From Treponema sp. (GTDB lineage Bacteria; Spirochaetota; Spirochaetia; Treponematales; Treponemataceae), in NCBI RefSeq assembly GCF_045641405.1, contig NZ_JAZUGX010000001.1, forward strand, positions 41,233-105,232: a stretch of 64,000 bases of DNA. Direction: 5' to 3'. Shown one piece after another: positions 27,946 to 36,875 of this stretch (position 1 is the stretch's first letter; every line of letters starts with the position of its first letter). A program made the position numbers and the translations under genes. Under the pieces are notes generated by a model that had not been told where the DNA came from, ran no database searches, and saw nothing but the letters and a program-made list of their open reading frames with translations.

Positions 27946-28197
27946 TTACGCCCAGACCTTTGCAATGGCATCGACAACATCCTGGACGGTCTTCACTTCC
28001 TTGAAGATGGAAGCATCGATAGTCGGCTTTCCTTCTGGAGTATATTCCTTCATTTTAACTACAAGATCGATGGCATCGATAGAATCCAGATCAAGGTCAT
28101 CGCCAAGAAGGGCATCTGGGGTAATGTCAGCTTCATCAAGTTCAAAAACCGAGACTAGAATTTCCTTGAGCTTTACAAAAATTTCTTCCTTTGACAT
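27946..28197 (-). CDS. Acyl carrier protein (ApeF-type)
   Basis: DLDLDSIDAIDL (phosphopantetheine Ser); acidic, 83 aa. Confidence 0.9.
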   Translation of the reverse strand: MSKEEIFVKLKEILVSVFELDEADITPDALLGDDLDLDSIDAIDLVVKMKEYTPEGKPTIDASIFKEVKTVQDVVDAIAKVWA

Positions 28198-28207
28198 CCT
28201 GAACCTC

Positions 28208-28474
28208 TTAGTTTGCCTTTGCGCGTTCTGCCGTTATATATTCTGCAAGTGCATTTACAGAAGCAAAAACCTTTTTTGTATCTTCGCCTTCTGTTGCAAA
28301 TTTAATTCCAAACTTCTTCTTGAGGGCAACACCAAGTTCAAGAGCGTCGATTGAGTCCAAACCAAGACCTTCGTTGAACAAAGGTGCGTCATCAACTATG
28401 TTTTCTGGCTTGATGTCTTCAAGCTGCAATGAAGAAATGATTACTTCCTTGATTTCCTGTTTCAATTCGTCCAT
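28208..28474 (-). CDS. Acyl carrier protein (ApeE-type), 88 aa
   Basis: GLGLDSIDALELG; ATG at 28474 follows AGGAG. Confidence 0.9.
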   Translation of the reverse strand: MDELKQEIKEVIISSLQLEDIKPENIVDDAPLFNEGLGLDSIDALELGVALKKKFGIKFATEGEDTKKVFASVNALAEYITAERAKAN

Positions 28475-28519
28475 GATAAATTCTCCTGAGAACAAAAACT
28501 ACAAATAATGTTAACCTTT

Positions 28520-28549
28520 ATTATATAGTAGAAATGAATGCTGATTCAA
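28520..28549 (-). promoter_or_regulatory. Sigma70 promoter of the leftward ape operon, within the ~100-bp divergent gap
   Basis: TTGAAT (28549-28544) - 18 nt - TATAAT (28525-28520). A possible rightward -10 TAGAAT lies at 28552-28557. Confidence 0.6.
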
Positions 28550-28575
28550 TATAGAATGATTTCCACGAGGGAATT

Positions 28576-29691
28576 ATGGACAGATCCAAATATTCATTTG
28601 ACAAGTATAAAGATGACGACATACGCGCCATCGACGCACGCTTTGAAGCCCAGAAAATAGCCTTTGCCCCTATGACATTCCAGGCAATCAGGGCAATGAT
28701 TGAACTTGGCATTCTTAACCTTATCGAGGATGCTGGTGACGACGGAATTTCCATTGCCGACCTTGCAAAAAAGACCAGCCTTACGGAATACGGTGTGGGT
28801 GTCCTTTGCGAAATGGCATTGGGAATGAATGTAATCAGGATAACAAAGGATTCCACCTGCCAGAAGGATGAAAAGTACACATTGGGTAAAACAGGCTGGT
28901 TCCTCCTGAACGATACCCTTACAAAGGTGAACTTCAATTTCACCAACGACATCTGCTACAAAGGCGCCTTCAAGCTCAAGGAATCTGTAGTAAACGGCAA
29001 GCCAGAAGGACTAAAGGAATTTTCCGACAAGTGGACCGTCATCTATGAAGGACTTTCTCAGCTTGATGAACGTTCAAAGAAATCCTGGTTTGAATTCGAT
29101 CATTTTTATTCCGACATAGCTTTTCCTGTTGCCCTTCCTGTAGTTTTTGGAAGCAATGCACCAAAGACCCTTGTCGACATCGGCGGAAACACGGCAAAGT
29201 GGTCCATCGCCTGCTGCAAATACAACAAGGATGTAAAGGTGACCATAGTAGACCTGCCAGGACAGACTGCGGTCGCAGAAAAGAATGCGGCAGCAGCCGG
29301 TTTTGCAGACAGAATCAGCACCTGCAGCGGAAACGTTCTTGATGAAACTACAAAACTTCCAGCCGGTGCAGACGCCTACTGGATGAGCCAGTTCCTTGAC
29401 TGCTTCAGCCTTAAGCAGGTTACTAAAATTGCAAAGAAAATCTATGAAGCTGCCGGAGACAATACAACCGTCTATGTTCTTGAACCATTGTGGGACAAGC
29501 AGCAGTTTGAAGGCAATGCATACTCCGTAATGGCAACTTCCCTTTACTTTACCTGCATGGCAAACGGCAACAGCAAGATGTACCGCTTTGAAGAATTAAG
29601 GGATGCCATAGAAGCAGCCGGATTCCGTCTTAAGGACGCCCACCACAATTTAGGCAGCAACGCATACTCTCTTCTGGAGTTCGGCAAGTAA
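28576..29691 (+). CDS. SAM-dependent methyltransferase (ApeB-type aryl methyltransferase)
   Basis: N-terminal EAQKIAFAPMTFQA, VDIGGNT SAM motif, YWMSQFLDCFS. Confidence 0.85.
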   Translation: MDRSKYSFDKYKDDDIRAIDARFEAQKIAFAPMTFQAIRAMIELGILNLIEDAGDDGISIADLAKKTSLTEYGVGVLCEMALGMNVIRITKDSTCQKDEKYTLGKTGWFLLNDTLTKVNFNFTNDICYKGAFKLKESVVNGKPEGLKEFSDKWTVIYEGLSQLDERSKKSWFEFDHFYSDIAFPVALPVVFGSNAPKTLVDIGGNTAKWSIACCKYNKDVKVTIVDLPGQTAVAEKNAAAAGFADRISTCSGNVLDETTKLPAGADAYWMSQFLDCFSLKQVTKIAKKIYEAAGDNTTVYVLEPLWDKQQFEGNAYSVMATSLYFTCMANGNSKMYRFEELRDAIEAAGFRLKDAHHNLGSNAYSLLEFGK

Positions 29692-30329
29692 TGAAATTTT
29701 ACATCAGCAGTACAAAGGCATGGGCCCCTGGAATTGAAAACGGGCTTGATGCCATTCAGAACGAAAAGCTTTCGCCAAAAATTGAATTCACAGATCCACT
29801 GTTCCGCAGAAGATTCAGCCAGATAACAAAGATGACGGTTCAGGTTGTTCATGATGTGGTTGAAGAAATTCCAGGCGCAAGAGATTTCAAGATTGTTTTT
29901 TCTTCTTTCCGCGGTGAAATAGAAAGGGAATTCGCCATCGATAAAATGCTCATAGAAGACAAAATGATTCTTCCTGCCGCATTCTCCCTTTCTGTGTTCA
30001 ACACTCCCATTGCCGCCGCGACGATAGCACTGGGCATGAAGGGAGGCTATAGCGTAATCTATCCTTCAAAGGGATGCTTCAAGGATGCCCTTCTTTCTGC
30101 GGCAGCAAGCGTCCTTTGCGGAGATGAAAAGGAAATCCTCTTTGTCTATGCGGATGAAAAAATTCCTGACGAATATGCTGGAACCATGAAGAACTATGAA
30201 TCCTCTTCTGAACCTGTACCTTTAGCCTTTGCCTGCATTCTTTCTGCAGACAAAAAAGAAGGTTCTGTAGAATTTGATTCAGAATCTCTTGCAAATACTC
30301 CGCTGGATTTTTTAAGACAGGCGCTTTAG
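29691..30329 (+). CDS. Ketosynthase chain-length factor (ApeC-type, non-catalytic)
   Basis: PLFRRRFS, SFRGEIER, PAAFSLSVFNT; KS-like fragment lacking the Cys/His triad. Confidence 0.8.
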   Translation: MKFYISSTKAWAPGIENGLDAIQNEKLSPKIEFTDPLFRRRFSQITKMTVQVVHDVVEEIPGARDFKIVFSSFRGEIEREFAIDKMLIEDKMILPAAFSLSVFNTPIAAATIALGMKGGYSVIYPSKGCFKDALLSAAASVLCGDEKEILFVYADEKIPDEYAGTMKNYESSSEPVPLAFACILSADKKEGSVEFDSESLANTPLDFLRQAL

Positions 30330-30338
30330 GAAAATTCA

Positions 30339-31214
30339 ATGGCAGCTGAAAAACTTTCAAAAGAAGAATTCGACGAAAAATACAACTGGCGTGATTTGCC
30401 TAAAGTCTCAAACTGGATTGCATACACTTACCGTGCCTTCATGAAGCTTTTCTGGATCTTCTTCATCGGTTTCGGGGCAGTGATCCTTGCCGCCATCGTC
30501 TTTCCTGCCTTCAAGATTTTCATACACTCCAAGGATAGGTTCCGCTGCACCGCACAAAGGTTTGTCTCCGCAACCTTCAGGTTCTTCATGTTCCTTCTGA
30601 AAATTTCGGGCATCGCAAAATTACTTACGGATTCCAGGGAAGAATTCCGCAACATGCATTCACGCATCGTTGTCGCAAACCATCCATCAATACTTGATAC
30701 CGTAGTACTCATCGCCCTGATTCCAAACGCCACTGTCATAGCAGGCGAAAAATATGCTAAGGGTGTTCTTGGCGGAGTGATAAAGGCCTGCTACATAATC
30801 AACTCTTTGGATTTTGATGAACTCTGCAGGCGGTGCAAGGAAAGCCTTGATCTTGGAAGCAACGTAATCATTTTTCCAGAAGGAACCCGAACACCTCGCC
30901 ATGGGCAGAACAACTTCAAGAAAGGTGCCGCAAGAATCGCAAGGGCAACGGGCGCAAACATAATTCCAGTCCTCATTGCAGGCAGCGATAAATTCGGACT
31001 TGGGAAAAGCAATCCTTTCTGGTCCTTCAATCCTGTCGAGCAGCTGATCTACCATTTGATCATGCTTCCTGAAATCGACATATCTGAATATGCGGAGCTG
31101 ACAGATCCTATCGCCGCAAAGAGAATTACACAGAAATGCTCAGAATCCATCCACAACGCAGCGGACCAATACAAAAAAGACCATCCGCTTACACGGACGG
31201 TCAACAACGTTTAG
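30339..31214 (+). CDS. PlsC-like glycerol-phosphate/lysophospholipid acyltransferase (ApeD-type)
   Basis: VANHPSILD, IIFPEGTR, FKKGAA. Confidence 0.88.
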   Translation: MAAEKLSKEEFDEKYNWRDLPKVSNWIAYTYRAFMKLFWIFFIGFGAVILAAIVFPAFKIFIHSKDRFRCTAQRFVSATFRFFMFLLKISGIAKLLTDSREEFRNMHSRIVVANHPSILDTVVLIALIPNATVIAGEKYAKGVLGGVIKACYIINSLDFDELCRRCKESLDLGSNVIIFPEGTRTPRHGQNNFKKGAARIARATGANIIPVLIAGSDKFGLGKSNPFWSFNPVEQLIYHLIMLPEIDISEYAELTDPIAAKRITQKCSESIHNAADQYKKDHPLTRTVNNV

Positions 31215-32518
31215 TTTGCAAGTTCCTTTATGATGCGTCCAAGTCTTTCATTGACTTCTTTGTAGACTTCTTCCTTGTTGATGAAGGCAAAGTTTCCGTC
31301 GCGGTAAACTACTCGGCCGTCAATCATGTTCATCACAATGTTTGAACTCTGTGCACTGAAAACAACGTTGGCAAGAGTGTCAAAATCCGGCTGCATGTTT
31401 GGTGTCATAAGGTCAAAGACAATCATGTCCGCCTTGTTGCCAACTTTGATTGCACCGCAGTCTTTTCTTCCCTGGGCAAGGGCACCGTTTACAGTTGCCA
31501 TCTTAACAATGTCTGCTGCAGAAACCGCATTGGCATCTTTTGTTGCACCGCGGCAAAGAAGGGCGGCAACATGGATTTCTTCCATCATATCCAGATTGTT
31601 GTTGCTTGAAGCACCATCAGTTCCTATGCAGACCTTGAGTCCCTTTTCCACCCAACGCTTTACAGGAGCAATGCCGCTGCCAAGCTTAAGGTTGCTTGAA
31701 GGATTGTGAACTAGGAAAGAACCAGCCTTCTTCAAAAGCTCCTCGTCTTCTTCGGTTACATAAACGCAGTGGGCAAACTGACACTGACTTTCAAGGACAC
31801 CTGCATTTTCCATGAACTCGGCAGGGGTCTTTCCTTCATGTCGTTCCTTACATTCAGTCTGTTCCTTTTCCGTTTCTGAAAGATGGGCGTGAATGTTGAG
31901 ACCTGCTTTCTTTGCTTCCTCAGCTATGATTTTTGCAACGCGGTCGTTGTTTGTGTATTCAGCATGAAGTCCCATATCCACCTTGATGCGGCTGCTGAAC
32001 TTTCCGTTCTTAACAGAATCAAGAAGAGCCCATGTCTCATTCCAGCCACGGTTGTTTGCAAGGTCTTCGTTCGGATCAAAAGAAGTAACACCGTTACAGA
32101 TGTTTGCCTTCATTCCACATTCATCAAGAGCCTTTGCTTCATCTTCAATACGGAAATACATGTCGCTGATGCTTGCACAGCCACTGGCAATAAGTTCCAT
32201 GGCACCGAGCTTTGTTGTCCAGTAAATATCTTCAGCCGTAAGCTTTGCCTCAAATGGAAAGATCTTTGTAAAGAGCCAGTCCTGCAACGAAAGCCCTTCA
32301 CCATAGCCGCGGAGAATTGTCATTGGAACATGGCAGTGGGTGTTGAAGAAACCGTTCATGAGGAACTTTCCTTTTCCGTCATAAATTTCTTCCTCTGCCG
32401 AAGTTTTTTCCGGCATGGTTGTACCGATATAGGAAATCTTTTCATCCTTTGTCTGGACAAACATATTTTCAAGAACCTTGAAATTCTCATCGAGCATCTT
32501 TATGTTTGAAAAAATCAT
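31211..32518 (-). CDS. mtaD: Amidohydrolase, MTA/SAH deaminase (MtaD/DadD family)
   Basis: NTHCH, HAEYT, HLSET, HCV, HNPSSN, GTDGASSNN. Confidence 0.78.
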   Translation of the reverse strand: MIFSNIKMLDENFKVLENMFVQTKDEKISYIGTTMPEKTSAEEEIYDGKGKFLMNGFFNTHCHVPMTILRGYGEGLSLQDWLFTKIFPFEAKLTAEDIYWTTKLGAMELIASGCASISDMYFRIEDEAKALDECGMKANICNGVTSFDPNEDLANNRGWNETWALLDSVKNGKFSSRIKVDMGLHAEYTNNDRVAKIIAEEAKKAGLNIHAHLSETEKEQTECKERHEGKTPAEFMENAGVLESQCQFAHCVYVTEEDEELLKKAGSFLVHNPSSNLKLGSGIAPVKRWVEKGLKVCIGTDGASSNNNLDMMEEIHVAALLCRGATKDANAVSAADIVKMATVNGALAQGRKDCGAIKVGNKADMIVFDLMTPNMQPDFDTLANVVFSAQSSNIVMNMIDGRVVYRDGNFAFINKEEVYKEVNERLGRIIKELAN

Positions 32519-32597
32519 GCTGCTTCTTCCTTACTGTAAAATTAAAACTTAGCTTTCAGGGGTGTCCATAAAAACTCATTTCATTATAATGGAAAAC

Positions 32598-33353
32598 ATG
32601 AGTAATTCAAACTTCCCTTCTTCAATTAAAAGCATTTTGATTTTTGGCGCAATGAATGTAGAAACTGAGTACATGGTTTCAAAGCTTTCAGATGTAAAGA
32701 AAACTGAAATCGGAGGCTATCCTTTTTTCGAAGGAAATTTCAGCGGAAAAAAAATCATAGTCTGCAGGACTTTCACCGGGATGGAAAATTCAGCGGCAGC
32801 AACAGCAATAGGAATACTCAACTTTTCTCCTGACTGCATCATAAGCCAGGGAACTGCTGGCGGTCATGATCCTCTTCTTCACAAAAAGGACATCGTGATC
32901 GGGGAACGGCTCGTGAACATTTCTTCGTTCAAAACCAACAGATATGGAAAAGGCGAAGGCATTCATCCGACCGAATGGGAAATAAAGGACTGGGACCTTT
33001 TTGAAGGCGATGAAAAAGAAAAGGATGTGCCATGCCTCTACAGCAACAGCAGCCTTGTTGATCTTGCCATGGCAACCGAATACAAAAACGGAAACCTTGT
33101 AAAGGGAACGATTTCTTCAAGCAACAACTGGAACATGGAAATGGACCGCATAAATCATCTTGTAGAAACTTACGGTTCAACCTGTGAAGAAATGGAAAGC
33201 TATGCCGCAACTCAGATAGCAAACAGATTCAACATTCCCTCATTGACCATAAGAATAATTTCAAATTCAGAGCAGCATCCCGGTGAAGAATACGAACGCA
33301 CGACTGGGCAGCTGTGTCAGGAATTCGTTCTTGATGTAGTTAAAAAGCTATAG
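32598..33353 (+). CDS. mtnN: MTA/SAH nucleosidase (MtnN/Pfs; PNP_UDP_1 family)
   Basis: FGAMNVE, GTAGG, EMES, IRIISN. The start at 32598 is favoured because TATAAT lies 7 nt upstream; 32562 (GTG) and 32589 are alternatives. Confidence 0.78.
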   Translation: MSNSNFPSSIKSILIFGAMNVETEYMVSKLSDVKKTEIGGYPFFEGNFSGKKIIVCRTFTGMENSAAATAIGILNFSPDCIISQGTAGGHDPLLHKKDIVIGERLVNISSFKTNRYGKGEGIHPTEWEIKDWDLFEGDEKEKDVPCLYSNSSLVDLAMATEYKNGNLVKGTISSSNNWNMEMDRINHLVETYGSTCEEMESYAATQIANRFNIPSLTIRIISNSEQHPGEEYERTTGQLCQEFVLDVVKKL

Positions 33354-33836
33354 CCAGACCCTTATGCCTGCATTTATCGGGAAGCAGGCAGGAACAAAAC
33401 GTATACTGATTTTTTCATCATCCCTGTCATAGTTCACTCCCACCGAAGGATTCCATGCCGCATGGGTGTAGAATTCAAGGCAACGGCTTTCAAAGCAGAA
33501 GGCATTGATTCCAATTCCAACGCGGGCACCTGTTTCTGCATAGGATTCATTTTCAATTCTTCCACCAAAGGACATTCCCCAAAGGGCAAACCAGTTTATA
33601 TTGGAATTCATTTTTTTATAGACCCACCAGTTGTCAAGAACAAGATCTGCAGATTTTTCCTTGAAGTTATAGGAAGCGGAAATTCCCCACGGAGTATATT
33701 CAGAACGGATGGTGATTCCTGCACTGCCATCAGGTGACGGACTGAACTTTACGCCCCCTTGCACACCGCAACCGACCTTGGCAAATGCAACGGAACAAAA
33801 AAACATACACCCAATGAACAAAAGAATCTTTTTCAT
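33348..33836 (-). CDS. Small outer-membrane beta-barrel protein (spirochaete type, DUF3996-like)
   Basis: Signal peptide MKKILLFIGCMFFCSVAFA; alternating hydrophobic, Gly/aromatic-rich strands; C-terminus PINAGIRVWL. Confidence 0.6.
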   Translation of the reverse strand: MKKILLFIGCMFFCSVAFAKVGCGVQGGVKFSPSPDGSAGITIRSEYTPWGISASYNFKEKSADLVLDNWWVYKKMNSNINWFALWGMSFGGRIENESYAETGARVGIGINAFCFESRCLEFYTHAAWNPSVGVNYDRDDEKISIRFVPACFPINAGIRVWL

Positions 33837-33918
33837 TCTTCCATTGTATTTTTTTTTGCCACATTATCAAAGGGGCAACCTTTGTTTATTGCCAGATTTT
33901 TCGTTACAATATAGATAG

Positions 33919-34809
33919 ATGAAAAAATCTCTTCTAATATTATCAATTTTATTCTCATTTGCGGCTCTGGGATTCTGCGGAGAAAGATCAAAGTACAGCA
34001 AAATCTATCTTTGGCAGAATATAAAAGGCATGGAAGTGAATGTCCGCGACACAATTCTCTTTGCCCCGAAAAAAACAGGACAAGGCGAAACAAAAAAAGC
34101 GGCAGTAGTAATCTGTCCAGGCGGAAGCTACCATCATCTTGGAATGCCCCATGAAGGATTTGCAAGCGCAAAATGGTTTGACAGCATAGGAGTCGTTCCC
34201 TTTGTACTTCAGTATCGGGTTGCCTACAACTGCCACCATCATCCGGAAATGCTTGAAGATATTGAAATGGCAATCAAATACATCAGGGAAAATGCTGATG
34301 TTTACGGAATCGACATAGATAAAATCGGAGCCATCGGTTATTCTGCAGGCGGTCACCTTGTCACTATGGCAGGAGTCTATGGCGGATCAAGAAATGAACT
34401 TGAAAAGCTTGGCGTGCATACAGAAGTTTCACTCCGCCCCAATTTCGTAATGCCGATTTATCCTGTGGTTACAATGCAGGACGACATATGCCATAGATGG
34501 TCCAGAAGAAGTCTTCTTGGGCATCAGGAATACACACAGCAGCTTAAGGATGAATATTCAATGGAACTCAATATCCCGTCTGACATGGTTCCAACTTACA
34601 TCCTTGCCTGCCGTGACGATCCCGTTGTCATCTTTGAAAATTCCGTTCGCCTTGAAAATGCTCTGGCAGAAAAAAACATTCCGCACCACTTTGCAGTCTA
34701 TGAAAAAGGCGGACACGGTTTTGGAATGAAGAACGGCTGGTTCATGAAGGAAACTCACTGGAACGAAGACCTTAAAAACTGGCTGAAGGAAATAAAAATT
34801 ATCGACTGA
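33919..34809 (+). CDS. Exported alpha/beta-hydrolase (esterase, BD-FAE/acetyl-xylan-esterase-like)
   Basis: Signal peptide, CPGGSY, GYSAGG nucleophile elbow, DDPVV, GGHGFG. Confidence 0.85.
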   Translation: MKKSLLILSILFSFAALGFCGERSKYSKIYLWQNIKGMEVNVRDTILFAPKKTGQGETKKAAVVICPGGSYHHLGMPHEGFASAKWFDSIGVVPFVLQYRVAYNCHHHPEMLEDIEMAIKYIRENADVYGIDIDKIGAIGYSAGGHLVTMAGVYGGSRNELEKLGVHTEVSLRPNFVMPIYPVVTMQDDICHRWSRRSLLGHQEYTQQLKDEYSMELNIPSDMVPTYILACRDDPVVIFENSVRLENALAEKNIPHHFAVYEKGGHGFGMKNGWFMKETHWNEDLKNWLKEIKIID

Positions 34810-34840
34810 AAATAAGTCATTAAATCATCTGGAGGAAAAT

Positions 34841-36205
34841 ATGAGTGTTGTAGAAAACTACAAGAACTTCCTGAAAAACGGAAAGACAGAAAGAGAATGC
34901 ACAAGCGAAATCATCCGCCTGGCAGAAGAAAAAGGATACAAGGACATAAATAAAGTTGAAAAGCTCAAGGCTGGAGACAAGGTTTACATTTCAAAATGGA
35001 ACAAGTCTGTCGCCCTCTTCCACATCGGATCAGAGCCAATTGAAAAGGGAATGAACATCCTCGGTGCCCACATCGACTCCCCTCGCCTGGACATAAAGCA
35101 GAACCCACTCTACGAAAGCGACTTCATAGTTTACCTCAACACCCACTACTACGGAGGAATTAAAAAGTACCAGTGGGTTACGATTCCTCTCGCCCTCCAC
35201 GGCGTTGTCTGCCTTAAGGACGGTACAACGGTAAACATCAATGTTGGTGAAAATGACGATGATCCTGTATTCTGCATCAGCGACATTCTTCCTCACCTTG
35301 CACAGAAACAGATGGAAGGAAACGCAAGGGAATTCATTCCTGGTGAAATCCTCGACATCATCTGCGGAAGTGGAATCGTTGACAGCGAAGATGAAAATGA
35401 AAAAAACGAAAACTCAGAGGACGACAAGAAAAAAGAAAAGGAATCAGCAAAGAAAAACATCCTAAAGATCCTCAAGGACAAATACGGTTTTGAAGAAAAA
35501 GACTTCAACTCAGCGGAACTTGAAGTTGTTCCTGCAGGTGCCCCACGCGATCTTGGCTTTGACAGGAGCCTTATCCTTGCCTACGGACAGGATGACCGTT
35601 CATGCGCATACACTTCGGTACAGGCAATCCTTGATACAGAAAAGACAGACAAGACACTCTGCTGCCTTTGCGTAGACAAAGAAGAAATCGGCAGCGTAGG
35701 TGCAACAGGCATGGCAAGCCACTTCATGGAAAATGCAGTGGCAGAAGTTGTTGCACGTCTCGGAGACTACAGTGACCTTACCTTAAGAAGATGCCTTAAC
35801 AGCAGCTACATGCTTTCAAGCGATGTTAATTCAGCATACGACCCGATGAATGCAGGACTCTACGACAAGAAAAATTCTTCTTTTCTTGGTGGCGGAATCG
35901 TATTCAACAAGTACACGGGCAGCCGTGGAAAGTCAGGGGCAAGCGACGCGAATCCAGAATTCATCGCAATGCTGAGAAATGCTTTGGACAACGCCAAAAT
36001 CAAATACCAGCTTGCAGAACTTGGAAAAGTTGACCAGGGTGGCGGCGGAACAATCGCATACCTTGCTGCAAAATACGGAATGTATGTCCTTGACGCTGGC
36101 GTTGCCGTCCTTTCAATGCACGCTCCTTGGGAAATCACATCAAGATTCGACATTGAGGAAGCCTACAAGGCATACAAGGAATTCCTGAGGCTCAGCAATG
36201 TTTAA
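34841..36205 (+). CDS. M18 family (aspartyl) aminopeptidase
   Basis: GAHIDSPRLD, YYGGIKKYQW, QDDR, DKEEIGS, SMHAP; GGAGG Shine-Dalgarno. Confidence 0.92.
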   Translation: MSVVENYKNFLKNGKTERECTSEIIRLAEEKGYKDINKVEKLKAGDKVYISKWNKSVALFHIGSEPIEKGMNILGAHIDSPRLDIKQNPLYESDFIVYLNTHYYGGIKKYQWVTIPLALHGVVCLKDGTTVNINVGENDDDPVFCISDILPHLAQKQMEGNAREFIPGEILDIICGSGIVDSEDENEKNENSEDDKKKEKESAKKNILKILKDKYGFEEKDFNSAELEVVPAGAPRDLGFDRSLILAYGQDDRSCAYTSVQAILDTEKTDKTLCCLCVDKEEIGSVGATGMASHFMENAVAEVVARLGDYSDLTLRRCLNSSYMLSSDVNSAYDPMNAGLYDKKNSSFLGGGIVFNKYTGSRGKSGASDANPEFIAMLRNALDNAKIKYQLAELGKVDQGGGGTIAYLAAKYGMYVLDAGVAVLSMHAPWEITSRFDIEEAYKAYKEFLRLSNV

Positions 36206-36848
36206 GAATATTCTCTTTGATTTTGACGGCACAATCATGGACACTTCCCCTGGGATCTACGATTCCTTTGACAGGGTTGTGGAACACTATAAACTTGACT
36301 ACCCTCGCTCTGAGTATCACCGCATGATAGGACCACCGATACGTGACAGCTTCAGGGACTTTCTGGGATTCCAGGAAGCGGAGGTTGAAAATGCCATCAA
36401 GGTCTACAGGGATTACTACGCAGTCGAAGGAATGTACAACGGTGACATATACACAGGTATAGTTCCTCTGATCACAAATCTGAGAAAATCGGGAAAAAAG
36501 ATATTCACCGCAACAAGCAAGCCAGAATATTACACAAGAAAAATCATAGAAAGGAAGGGACTGCTTGAATTATTTGATTTCATCGGTGGAAGCGATATTT
36601 CCGAAAAGGGTCGCACCTCAAAGCAAGATGTGGTAGAATATGTACTGGAGACTCAAAACCTCTCTGAAAAAAAGGAAGATTGTATTTTGATCGGCGATAG
36701 AAAATTCGACGTTATCGGGGCCCATGCTGTCGGCATTAAATGTGCAGGCATACTTTGGGGATTCGGCAGCAGAGAAGAATTCGAAAAAGCAGAAGCGGAC
36801 TGGATTTTTGAAACACCTGAGGATGTGGAAAAGTTCCTTCTTTCATGA
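36198..36848 (+). CDS. HAD-superfamily phosphatase (phosphoglycolate phosphatase / 5'-nucleotidase-like)
   Basis: FDFDGT, ATSKPE, K, IGDRKFD. Confidence 0.9.
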   Translation: MFKNILFDFDGTIMDTSPGIYDSFDRVVEHYKLDYPRSEYHRMIGPPIRDSFRDFLGFQEAEVENAIKVYRDYYAVEGMYNGDIYTGIVPLITNLRKSGKKIFTATSKPEYYTRKIIERKGLLELFDFIGGSDISEKGRTSKQDVVEYVLETQNLSEKKEDCILIGDRKFDVIGAHAVGIKCAGILWGFGSREEFEKAEADWIFETPEDVEKFLLS

Positions 36849-36875
36849 GCAAGATATAATTTAAAAAAGGCATAG

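Noticed and set aside
15750-31214. The ape-like cluster as a recent genomic island or mobile element
   Set aside because: No integrase, transposase, tRNA or flanking direct repeats were found, and base composition looks similar to the neighbours by eye (not computed).
31883-32509. Long antisense ORFs (208 aa here; also 37491-38126, 53193-53774, 16335-16901)
   Set aside because: They lie fully opposite well-conserved genes, have no start signals and give implausible protein composition. This is typical of codon-bias shadows.
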